Source: Moniliella sp. 'wahieum'
Lineage: Eukaryota
Direction of reading: 5' to 3'
Length of the DNA stretch: 64,000 bases
NCBI GenBank assembly: GCA_003971905.1
Contig: RSEE01000052.1
Coordinates: forward strand, 62,001-126,000
This document shows positions 26,177-36,617 of the stretch, one piece after another (positions within the stretch are counted from its first letter, which is position 1; each line of letters begins with the position of its first letter). The notes beneath the pieces are model-generated. The model had not been told where the DNA came from and ran no database searches. It saw only the letters and a program-made list of their open reading frames with translations. The position numbers and the translations under genes were made by a program.

Positions 26177-26492
26177 TGATGGCTTGCAGATGCCCACAGC
26201 CGTGTTGCCTTTTGCATCCATGTACATTACTACTACCATGCTACCTACTTTGCCTACGTTTGCCTTGCCCCGCATATGTACTAGCGCCCCCTCTGGGATC
26301 TGAATTCGGATAGTACTTGGTTTTCCTTCAGGAGGCAGCACTCAAGTACCTCACCAGGATTCTTCACTGGTGGAGTCTGATCGTGACCGACTGTGTGCGA
26401 GCACGGACCACGTGCTGCTAGGGATTAATGGTTTAATCGGGGTAATTAGCTCATGGCCATCTTAATCGATGATCGATAATCGATGACGAGGA

Positions 26493-26928
26493 GACCACCG
26501 GGCCGTAGGCCCGGTCTGCTGGGGCTTCGTCCCAGCTTGGTGCTGCGTCGCCACTGTCGCCACCGTTCCGCCGGTCCACACGCGTACCTCGGGTATGGGA
26601 ACGGATGGCGGACACAAGAGGGTCCTGACCGGCGATTCCCCTGGTTCCTTAAGCGGGGCTGGCGCTACCAAGCAGCACACATGCAAGATCTGATCTCGCT
26701 CCCATTTCCAATTTCTTCGTCTCGAGCGTCTCGCTCCTTCCCTGTTTTCTTCCATTTCGCACCATGTCCTCTGTTCTTGCTTCTTCCCCACGAACTATTG
26801 CTACACCCCTTGGCCTAGTCCGATTCTGGTCCCTCGCCTTAGCCCCGACTGTGACAGAACGGGTCGGTTTATTAATAGGCGTAGCGTTTTAATTCTTTGT
26901 CCCAGCCTTAGCTCTGTCAATTGTTAAA
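26493..26928 (+). mobile_element. Non-autonomous, internally deleted derivative of the CRE-like retrotransposon (SINE-like)
   Basis: The first ~85 bp resemble the element 5' end starting at 29865; about 26575-26675 and 26855-26921 resemble 33125-33298. Flanked by a 7-bp TSD, ACGAGGA (26486-26492 and 26929-26935). Confidence 0.85.
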
Positions 26929-27125
26929 ACGAGGACAAAGGCCTACGAGAGAGAAGAAGAGGAGGGGTGATGGATCTATTCCAAGAGAGGAGCCCATTAG
27001 GGGCAGAACATAGGGGAGAGTCGGATAGAACAGCGCGATGCGTGATGCGTGATCAGCTGCATGCATGATGGCGCTGACATCAATGATATGGATGCAGTAT
27101 AGAGATCCCTTGAAGACAAACGCCG

Positions 27126-29860
27126 GTTACGCCCGCTCAGGCGATCACAAGCTCCATAGTATGATCGAGTGTACTCGGATCAGCTCGATCAGCACCAGTG
27201 AGCAGTCGTCAACAGAGCCTCCTATTTTCGCAACGGGACGGCCCCGCACGACCCTGCCTGGACGGATCCGCAATGGTCACGTAGAGCGCAGCAGCACCAG
27301 GACGAATGTCGTTGTGCACAACAGTCAATTGCACACTATACAACACCTAGAAGAAAACAACATACATATATAACGCACACGCAGAATAGGATAATAGAGG
27401 CCCTCATAGCTGAAACGGATGGAGATGCTGCGCTGATGGATTAGTAGCTGTGGCGATGACGGGCGGGGGATTGTAGCTGTTCGCTCTGTCAATAGCCATC
27501 AGGTATGCGCATTTCTGTCTGCTTGAACGTGCCGCCTCACTGAGGGCTTTACCAAAAAAACACAACCTATATGCACGGTCGCATGTTCCTGTTGAATCAT
27601 CTATCGAAGATGATCGATGATGGCTCCCACCTGGAGGCACTACACTGTTGTCCACCAACTCACGATATGCCAAAATGAGAGTATTGAATCGCATCCACCC
27701 GTCCCCATGGGTATAGAGACCCTGCCTCTGATCTCTGTTTGGACCCTACACTGTTCGGCCTAGACTGCCTGTTTTTTGTGGTCAAGGTGTGGTCAATTCA
27801 GCTATGGTATAGCTGTGATGCGCAAATAGGGGGCCAGCGGGAGACTGGCGCTGGAGCTTGAACTTGAAGCCTGATACGCAGTCATGTGTATACACGCCCT
27901 TCGCCTCATCGACATCAAGTGGTCCAAAGGGATGTATGATGCCCGCACCATATCCTACTAGGTATGAGTGGTGCTGTCTGTTTTTGCGTCTCGGGATAAA
28001 AGAGAACATGCATGGTGTGCGGGTGCATGGTACACTGCCCCCCCGCCTGCCAACATAAAAAAAGCGTGAGTGCGGGGCCCCAGCTGCTAGTCATTATGCT
28101 GGCTTTCCTAGGTCGTCCCGTTTCGTGTCGGCCACAACAGCGCGCAGCTGCCACCGCCTCACGGGGACACTCCACCGATATTTGCTGCACTGCGTACTGA
28201 GCCTGACTCCCCAGCCATCGCCACCCTCCCCATCTGGCTGGCCACCGTTGCTACGCCCAGTCTCACAAAACCAGCGTATACTCAACCTATACAACAGCGC
28301 AACCGAGAGCACAACTGCCTCTGGTCCCGGCGCTCACCATCCGCCGGACCCCCGCAGGGCAACAGCCTCGGGTAGTTCCAACGACCGGCCCCAGAGCACA
28401 GCGACGCAGTGCTGTGCCAGCTCTGGACGCGTCCCGTCTCGCAATTCCCAGCGCGGTCTCATTCTGTGCCTAATAGTCCAACCCAACAGCCGGCATGCGC
28501 CCCCGAAAAGGATAAATAGCGCGCCGGAAGCTCCTCCCTCCTTTTTTCTACCCCCACATCCCTCCTCCTCCAAGCCGATTGCCTCATCTGGCGAACTTCC
28601 TACACTCCAGCCTGCTGCTGCATACACGCCCCAGCACTCGTCTTCTATCCACGTACGTTCTCTGCTCCTGTGAGGTCCCGGGGGTTGATTACCAGCATCT
28701 CCATCTGGGCTGCTGCTAACAGTTGCTATAACAGCTCTTACGAATACATTATGGCCAACTACCAAGACGGAGCCATGCATCGCCACGCGTCGTACGACAG
28801 CGAGCCGACGATGGTGCCAGGTCAGGAGCCGCGGGAACGTGCGGCTCTTCCTTGGGGCAAGTTCGACTCGAAGGACCACCGGCAGGCGATTCTGCATGCG
28901 CTTTATTGGAGAAGAAGAAATTATATTCGTTCCCGCACGTTGAACGAGCGTCGCGCTACGATCAAGGATATGATGGAGCGGAAAAAAGAGCAAGAGCGTA
29001 TTGAGGCGCAAAGGAACCAAGAGCGACAGGTGGCGTACGAAACGGATGCCAAACCCCTCTTTGCTGCTCTGGCCCGCCGCCCAGACGTGGAGGCCCGCCA
29101 GGGTGCTGTGGTGGCCCGCTTGAACAATGCACTGGTCCGGCACAACCGCAAGCTGCCTCGTGGTTTCCCGCGCGCCGATCCCATCCCAGTGGGATCGGCT
29201 ACCATGCCCACCTTACAACACAAGCTCCAGCAGCTCGAGATGTCTCTCGAGCAGCTTTCCATTCACACGCGCAACAGCAACCTTGGTGTGTTGCCGCCCC
29301 CTGCTCGCAATTGGAACGCCAATGGGGGCGACTCGAATGCTAAGCACTTGGGCCCTACTGCTTAAGCGTTTGGCACTACTTCCTTTTTCTCCTTTTGGTC
29401 TTTTTCGGGGTCTCCATCCGCGCGTTCAATATGACTTGTCTTCCGAGCTTCGATATTGGGTGTGCATCTGTAGAGGCTAATGACGGAGAGAGGAACTGGA
29501 ATGGTAGTCAGACAACTGAGATTGCGTGTTGGGAGCTGCCATAATGGGATGATCGATTGATGGTCAGTGATGGAGATGGTGGGCGGTTCGACAAGTTTCC
29601 CGTACCTACCTCCGCCGCCTTCCACCTGAGCCAACTGCAGCGGAGGCCATGAGGACGTGGGCCAATGGCGGGGCCTATGTGGATTAGCCGTTCGAGGTGT
29701 GCAAGGCGATGAGTTCGGTTTCTACGTCTGAGCCGTCAGTAACCCACGGCTGCGTCGGGACCACTTTAACTGATCAAACGTTAGCCAGCCGTTTAACCCC
29801 GGTGTATTACCTAATGGCCTTTCCTCCTGCCATCACATGTAGCCGCTGTTGTCTAGTACT
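27126..29860 (-). repeat. Large inverted repeat, right arm (its last ~40 bp continue at 33322-33357, beyond the retrotransposon)
   Basis: Reverse complement of 17313-20082. Confidence 0.95.
28751..29365 (+). CDS. Orphan 204-aa protein (MANYQ...), copy B
   Basis: ATG at 28751 to TAA at 29365; near-identical to copy A except for a few N-terminal substitutions and small indels. Confidence 0.6.
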   Translation: MANYQDGAMHRHASYDSEPTMVPGQEPRERAALPWGKFDSKDHRQAILHALYWRRRNYIRSRTLNERRATIKDMMERKKEQERIEAQRNQERQVAYETDAKPLFAALARRPDVEARQGAVVARLNNALVRHNRKLPRGFPRADPIPVGSATMPTLQHKLQQLEMSLEQLSIHTRNSNLGVLPPPARNWNANGGDSNAKHLGPTA

Positions 29861-29864
29861 AGAA

Positions 29865-32800
29865 GACCACCGGGCCTACGGCCCGGTCAGCTGGGGCTTC
29901 GCCCCAGCTTGATGCTTGGTGCACCGTCGCCATCTTAGCCACCGGGTCCGCCTTCCCCACCTTAGCCACCGTTCCCCGTCGCCACCGTAGCCACCGGTCC
30001 ACCGTTCCACGCTGGAGAGCGGAATAGTATTCACCACTACGCCTCGGGCGGAATTTTATCACCCATGTGCATCCGCCTGGCTGCGCCCGCCTGGAACGCG
30101 CCGGGTGAAACGTGCCAGGTGGCATGCTTGTGTAATTTTACGTAAAGTAAAAAGGGGTCTGCGTTATGAAGACAGGGCCCGCTGCCCCCGCAACTCCGAA
30201 GCCAGGAACCCGGTGCCCGAAGTACCGGGTCAAGGCACGCCCCTCCTCCCCAACCCCCAACTCGCCACCCCCCGGCGCCGCAGCCCCCGGCTGGGCTCCG
30301 AACAGCCAACCAATGGCTACGGCGCCGAAACCCCACGCCCCACTACCCCACGCCCGCGCCGCGCCCCCGCGCAGACAGCCCCCCCCGCCGCCGCCACCCC
30401 GACCCCTCAACCCCCCCGCGCCCCCGCGACACCGCCCCCCCCGCCGCCGCGGCCGCCCCCACCACCACCGCCACCAGACGACCGCGCAACCCCTCGACCG
30501 ACACGGGGGCCGACCTCCTTCCCCGTTTGACCGCCCTGGCCGAGCGCCCAGGCACACGCAAGATACCGCCACACCTGAAGCGCCCTTTCCTCCAGATGCT
30601 CGGCCGTTTGGCGGACGCTTACTTGCAGGAGCCCTCGTCAGCACACCTGATGGATTCTACGGTGCCTAAGGAAGTACTCCGCCACCACAACAAGGACAAC
30701 AACCTCATCGGGACGTACCCCAACAGCGCCTGGCAACTCCCTCCGCCCCCCGACTTCTCAACGCGCGAGGCACTCGACCCAGTCACCAAGGCCGACCGCC
30801 TCATTCGGGAGGGCTGCCTCAGCCGCGCAGCAAGTACCCTCGTCGGCCAATCCACCATTGCCCCTCTCACCCCCGAGACCCAGGCAAGCCTGGAAAAGCT
30901 CCATCCCGTTGGAGAGGCGAACCCCTTCAGCCTCGGCCCGGGCACAGCCTTTGGCAACACCACCACCCGCACTCGTCCCACCCACACAGGCCGCGTGGTA
31001 CCGCCGGGCACCACCCTCACCGACACGACGGACAGTGACCGTATCGTGGTGGACTTGGACGAAATCGACTTTGTTGCCTTGATTGCCACGTTCAGAATCG
31101 ACGTTGGGGCAGGTCTATGGTGGACCCAGCCCCTCCTAAGAACGGCCCTTGAATGCAAGCGCTTCGTCGCCTTTCTCACCGCCCTCACCAAGAGTATTTA
31201 CCACGGCACCGCCCCAGGACGCGAGCTCCTGTTGGCCTCCCGCCTCACCCCCCTGGAGAAGGCATCGGGAGGCATCCGCCCCATCGCCTGTGGGAGCTGA
31301 TCTACCGCCTGTGCGCCAAGGCCATCGCTCGAGCGATCGCCCCCAACAGCTGGCTTCTCCCCACCCAGTTGGGAGTAGCATCGCACAAAACGGGGTGGAG
31401 CCTATCGTACGGATGGTCGAGCGCATGACAGCGCCAGGCGGGGAGAACGATGCGGAACTGGGCGACTTCAGCCACGTCGCCATGCTCGACTTTACCAACG
31501 CCTTCAACACTGTGCGCCGTCGCACACTCGCCAAGGCACTCCATGCCTACGCCCCCCATCTCCTCACGTTGGGCCGATGGATCTATGGTTCCCCACCCAG
31601 CTCTGGGTCGCGTCGGGCGGAAATGAGACCAACGTCCTGTCGGCAGAGGGCGTACGGCAGGGCGACCCCCTCGCCCCCTTTTTCTTCTCCATCGCAGTGC
31701 GGCCCACGCTGGAGAAACTGGAACAGGACCTGCCGCCGGGGCACCTGGTGATGGCATACCTGGACGACATTACGATCTTCGGTCCAGGGCCAGGCATTAC
31801 CGGCCTAGCCGCGGAGATTTTGGAAGACGACGCGTCAGGCCTCAAGCTCAACCTGCGCAAGGTGTCGAGCGGGACCGGGACCAGATTCGGGAGGATGGTC
31901 TGCAGGTTCTTGGCACTTGTGTGGGAGGGGTAGACTGTCGTCGATCGTGGCTCCGGGCCCAACTGGCCAGTCTGAGGAGAACATGCCTAAGTTTGATGGC
32001 ATCACCCGCCAGGGACGCCTCTTACTATGGCGGCTCAGCACTCAGACCAAGCTCGCCACCTGCTCCGCACCATGCAGATGGAAGGAGAGCTAGACGACGT
32101 GCTGGCCGAGATTGATGCCTTCATCTGTACGGAGTTCAGACGGATCCGGGCGACGAGGATCCCCAAGGTGCCAAGGACCACTTCGACATGCTCATGAGCC
32201 TGCCTCTTCGGCTGGGAGGATGTGGCAGCCCGCTTTACTCGTATATTGCGCCCCACGCCCGTGCCGCGGCCAACGAGGTCAACGACTATCTTATTACCAC
32301 TTATGTTGACCGTTCGGGACCGCAAACGGCAAGGGCCAACGCATTTACGAAGCAACGCCAGCGTGCCGCGAGATGTGGGAGCAAAGTCGACAGGAGCTGC
32401 TCCAGAAGCTGGACGCTGCCGATGGTCGCCATGTGGTTGAGCACAGCAACCCGCTGAGCCACAACTGGCTCTCCGCCATTCCATCCGTCCCGTACCTCAA
32501 GCTCTCTGACCAGCAGGTCCAGGTTGGTCTCCAGCTCCGCACGCTGTGCCGCACCACGCGCAGCATGTGCAAGTGCGGCGTCATGTCCTCGCTGGAACAC
32601 ATCATGTCCTGCACCCGCACCCAGGCCAAGTTTGGTGCGTTGCATGAGGCAGTGCGGGAGCCCATTCTCCAGCTCCTCCGCTCCATCCCCGACACCCACG
32701 TCCACAACGAACCTATGGTGGAGGAAGAGGATGGGACGAGGCGCGGACGGAAGGCACAGCGCACCGATTACCGCGTGATGGGGCCCGGAGCACTGGGAGG

Positions 32801-33309
32801 AACCGGAATGGAGGTAGACCACACGCTGCGCGACACGGATCGCAGGAGGCGCAGAGCGCGTACCGGCGGGTGGTGCATGAGAGCACTGCGTCGCCTTTGG
32901 AACGCCGGGAGAAGGAACTGCTTCGGCTGCTTGAACAAGCAGAATGCGACAAGAACGCCAAGTACCAGGGACGCACTCAAGAACCGTTTTTCCCCCTGGT
33001 TTTGACGACGCGAGGATACTACGGCACCAAGACGGCGGGCAAGTTGTTTGCGCATTGGAAGGAGTTGGCTACTAAGTCTCAGTGGAAATGGTTCCTCGCT
33101 CGTATGTCAACCACGTTCCTCCGTGTCCACACGCGCTTCCTAGGGTACGGGACCGGATGGCGTGAGCCGGAGGGTCCTGATATCCTGGCGATCCCCCTGG
33201 TCCCTTAATCTTGGTGGCGCTTCCAAGTAACCCCGCAAGATGAACGGTTCGGTTTAGACGTAGCGTTCCCCCTGTCCCAGCCTTAAGCTCTGTCAATGAT
33301 ATGAATTCA
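29865..33309 (+). mobile_element. Full-length CRE-clade non-LTR retrotransposon (Cnl1/MoTeR-like; RT + restriction-like endonuclease)
   Basis: Same 5' terminus (GACCACCGGGCC) as the 26493 derivative and same 3' terminus (..CTCTGTCAATGATATG(A/G)ATTCA) as the 61897 copy. TSD AGAA(G) at 29861 and 33310. Confidence 0.9.
30065..33208 (+). CDS. Retrotransposon polyprotein: RT + C-terminal Zn knuckle + RLE (frameshifted in this assembly)
   Basis: RLTPLEKASGGIRPIACGELIYRL, QLGV, LDFTNAFN, GVRQGDPLAPFFFS, AYLDD, GLKLN, LPLRLGGCG, CKCG..EHIMSC, HEAVR, RTDY, EVDHT, KNAKY, FFPLVLTTRG. Start position uncertain. Confidence 0.9.
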
Positions 33310-33833
33310 AGAAGTAGATAGTTCCATCGTGCCTCCCTTTGCCCATGCTCCTCCTCCGCCACAGCCAGATGAAGAGACTTATCTGGACTCGATCTGAACC
33401 CGCCTCGAGGCTGTCAGGTGAGGCCGGGTCGGAGCTGTGGCTGATGCGCACGAAGTCATCGAAGTATTCTGCGTTTGTATATCACGGCGGTCTCTGCCAC
33501 CATCCACACCGAAGTCTGGAATTCGACGAAACCAGTCCTGGGCACAGTGAGCACAATCGTGACGCCATGTCATGACCATGACCTAATGGTCAAGGAGGCA
33601 GCCGCTGCAGGTACGAGAGCTGGGGGCGGGAGCGGGACCGACGTCCACGGGGGCTCGAGGAGGACTTTCAAAGTTCACGCTGGAGCAGCACGCTGGCCAC
33701 TGGTTTGCCCCATAGATAGAGGCGGAACCAAATTGGGGCGGAAGGATTAATTAGTAGGCGCCCAGGCATTGCGGGCAGGCCACCTGTTCACGACGGTGGC
33801 GCCCAAACAGCAACCCATCAGCTCATCGCCACC

Positions 33834-34405
33834 ATGCCAGCACCCGTCGATGTCACTTCGGCCCGCGAACTTGACAGCCTGCTTGCCTCGGCTGGGAACA
33901 AGCTGGCAGTGATTGACTTCCATGCGTCGTGTATGTGCCCTGCTGCGATGTGGCCGACACCGACAGTGTACTGACAGGAACCCCCGTTGCGATCCTCGTC
34001 CTCCTCCCCAGGGTGCGGTCCCTGCCACGCCATTGCCCCTGTCTTTGCACGTCTGGCGCAAGCCAATTCGGGCCTGTTCCTGCGTGTAGATACGGACCAG
34101 GTCCCGGATCTGGCTCAGCGCTACAGCGTCACCGCCATGCCCACCTTGTTTTCATCAAGAACAAGGCTGTTGTGGACACGCTGCGCGGAGCGGACGCGGC
34201 TGGTCTGCAGAGGCTCATCGCCAAGCACGCCACGCCTACTCTTTTTCTGGCAGTGGGCATACACTGTCAGGTACTTCTTCTTCGGCTGCTGGAAGGGGCG
34301 CGCGACACCGATCACCCCAGACTTTTCCTCCTGGTTGAGTTCCGTCCATGCCTTCCCCCTCTTCCTCTTGTTGTTGTGTACGGCCTGTACGTGATCAACA
34401 TGTGA
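33834..34405 (+). CDS. Thioredoxin with C-terminal SHP-like motif and hydrophobic tail
   Basis: MPAPVDV..VIDFHAS-W|CGPC, with the Trp codon split by intron 33931-34011; then VTAMPT, FSGSGHTL and a terminal hydrophobic stretch. Confidence 0.88.
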
Positions 34406-35419
34406 CGCTGGTGTGTGCGTATTGTCCCCCACAACTGTTTGGATTTTATTTTCATTTGACTCTTTTCACGACCACTCTTTTGGCTTGCCTTGGTAGAACT
34501 GAGGACCACATCATCATGGCCTCTACGCAGCCCGTCTGAGAATGTGAATGCTGCCTAACCTTTCAGCGCCAGGGACTCGTCTTGTCGGTTCGATGGACAC
34601 CTTGCAAATCCCAACATTCTCCTCCCAAACTCAGCTGCGTGCCACGTTGAAGCGGTCTTTGCCAGTTTTGCGTTCTTGTGCTCACTGTGATCAATCATCC
34701 GCCTCATCCTGGCTGCGGCTGAGTGCCACATCTCAGCATCCCAGATTCGAAAATATCTGCGTTTTGAATGCAGAGCCCACCATTACCACAGGTCAAGGAA
34801 GGTTCTGAGCTGCAGTCAACCCTCTTTAGTTAGTGGGGATGACCCTATCCTCTCCCGCTTCCCCTGTGGTTATGAATGCAGAGCCAGTCTTTCGCCGCAG
34901 GCCTTTCCGGGGTAGTTCAGTGCCCAAAAGCTCTTCGATAGAAGTAAGCTGGAGAACTTCACTTCATCTCTCTCCGCTCCTCGCTGTCTCCCCTATCGAA
35001 CAATCGACGAAGACGCCATTGAGCATAAGATATCTTCACTGCTCGCGGTGCTGACTATGCCCTCACGTTGTTGAACGTTGACCTCAACGTTTGTTGGCCC
35101 TCAACGTTCAACAAACGTTGAACGTGTTGAACGCCGCCCGGCTATCTAGGTTTACTGGTTACCCACCAAGGAGGGGAGCGGGAGAGCCGCGCCTGCCGTG
35201 CAAGCAGAGTGAATGCCAACCCTTCAATCCTCCACTGAATGTGGGGCCATATTCCTGCACTACCCTAAGTCCTGCCACATCATTCCGAAAGTCTCTTCCA
35301 CCCTTACTGCCTCGTGAGCTCCCTTCCTAACCGCGTGCGCGCAGACTCCGCCATGTTGTGAGGCAGTATCATGAGGTGCGAATTGACCAAAATTATACAG
35401 GGTACAATGAAAAAGCGCC

Positions 35420-36617
35420 TCACAAGTTGGCCACAACGACCACACTTGGAGATGTTGCCGGCCAGATCAGTGACGGCCTGCTTAATCAGACCGCTCTCGT
35501 ACTCCGACACCTTGCCCAACGAATGGATCTTCTCCACACCGTTGGGGCCCAGGGTGACCGGAACACTGAAGAACTGAGTTTCGGTGCCAATGACTCCTGC
35601 GCCTTGGCGCCCGTAGGCTCCGAAGCCAAGTCCACAAACGAGTACTCCACCTTGGTGGTCTTACCCGCCGCTGCGTCCAGCACAGCCAGAGCAAAGCGCG
35701 CCCGGCGTAGGCCATCGACAGCGTTGCACTACCCCCGCCGTTCTTGGCCTTGACCACTTCGTCACGCCAAACTGGATGCGCGTTCGTCAGAGCCTCAATC
35801 TTGGCTTGGTCGACCGACTGGAAATGATGCGGCGTTAGCGTGCTGCAAGCAGAGGAAAGGAAGAGGGGAACGTACAATGCTGGGTGTCGTGGCTGAGGAG
35901 GGGGACGATGGTCAGGCCCGAGTGGCCACCAATGACCGGCACTGAGTAGCTGCTCGCCTCCTGAGGCTTCCCTGCCGCCTCCGAGACAAAGGTGCTGGCG
36001 CGCAACGTCGAGAGTAGTGACACAAAGAGGCGTTTGGGGTCGTACACGCCCTTCTTCTTCAGCGTCTCGGCAAACACGGGGACAGTCGAGTTGACCGGGT
36101 TGGAGATGACCAGGATAAACGCCTTGGGCGCCGCAGTGGCAATGCCCTCGGCAATGCCCGCGCAAATCTTGGCATTCACATTGAACAGATCGTCACGAGT
36201 CATGCCCGGCTTGCGCGGCACGCCGGCAGGAATCACGACGATGTCAGCCCCCTTGAGCGCGGCAAGCAGCCCATCGTTCTCAGGCAAAAAGCCCTGCACA
36301 GTAGAGGCCGTGTCAATGTGCGACAAGTCGGCAGCGACGCCAGGTGCGTTAACCACGTCGTACAGCGACAACTCGGTGATGGCGCTCGAGTTCTTCAGCA
36401 ACAGCGAGAGCGGCTGACCTGCGCGTCCATCATGCCACGTCAGTATTCCAACTTGTTACCAGCAGAGAGCGAGGGGGGTTAGGCATGAGGCAGAGATGCC
36501 CGGCACGTACCGATTCCGCCAGCGGCACCACTAGATAGAAGGCGAAGACACAGTCAGGCTTGGGTCCAGGCAGTCGGGCGCAGGGGGGAGCACGTACATA
36601 ACGACAGCCTTGACCAT
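35420..36617 (-). CDS. MDH: NAD malate dehydrogenase (no mitochondrial presequence)
   Basis: [78 protein letters not shown]. At least three introns. Confidence 0.93.

Noticed and set aside
29362..29634. Antisense ORF sharing a TTAA stop with the orphan gene
   Set aside because: Frame is not conserved in the other arm and it has no ATG start; most likely 3' UTR read backwards.
17276..33357. Large inverted repeats as TIRs of a giant DNA transposon
   Set aside because: No transposase or TSD is visible, the outer end lies inside the TRR1 start region, the termini are the most diverged part, and the enclosed genes are ordinary host genes.
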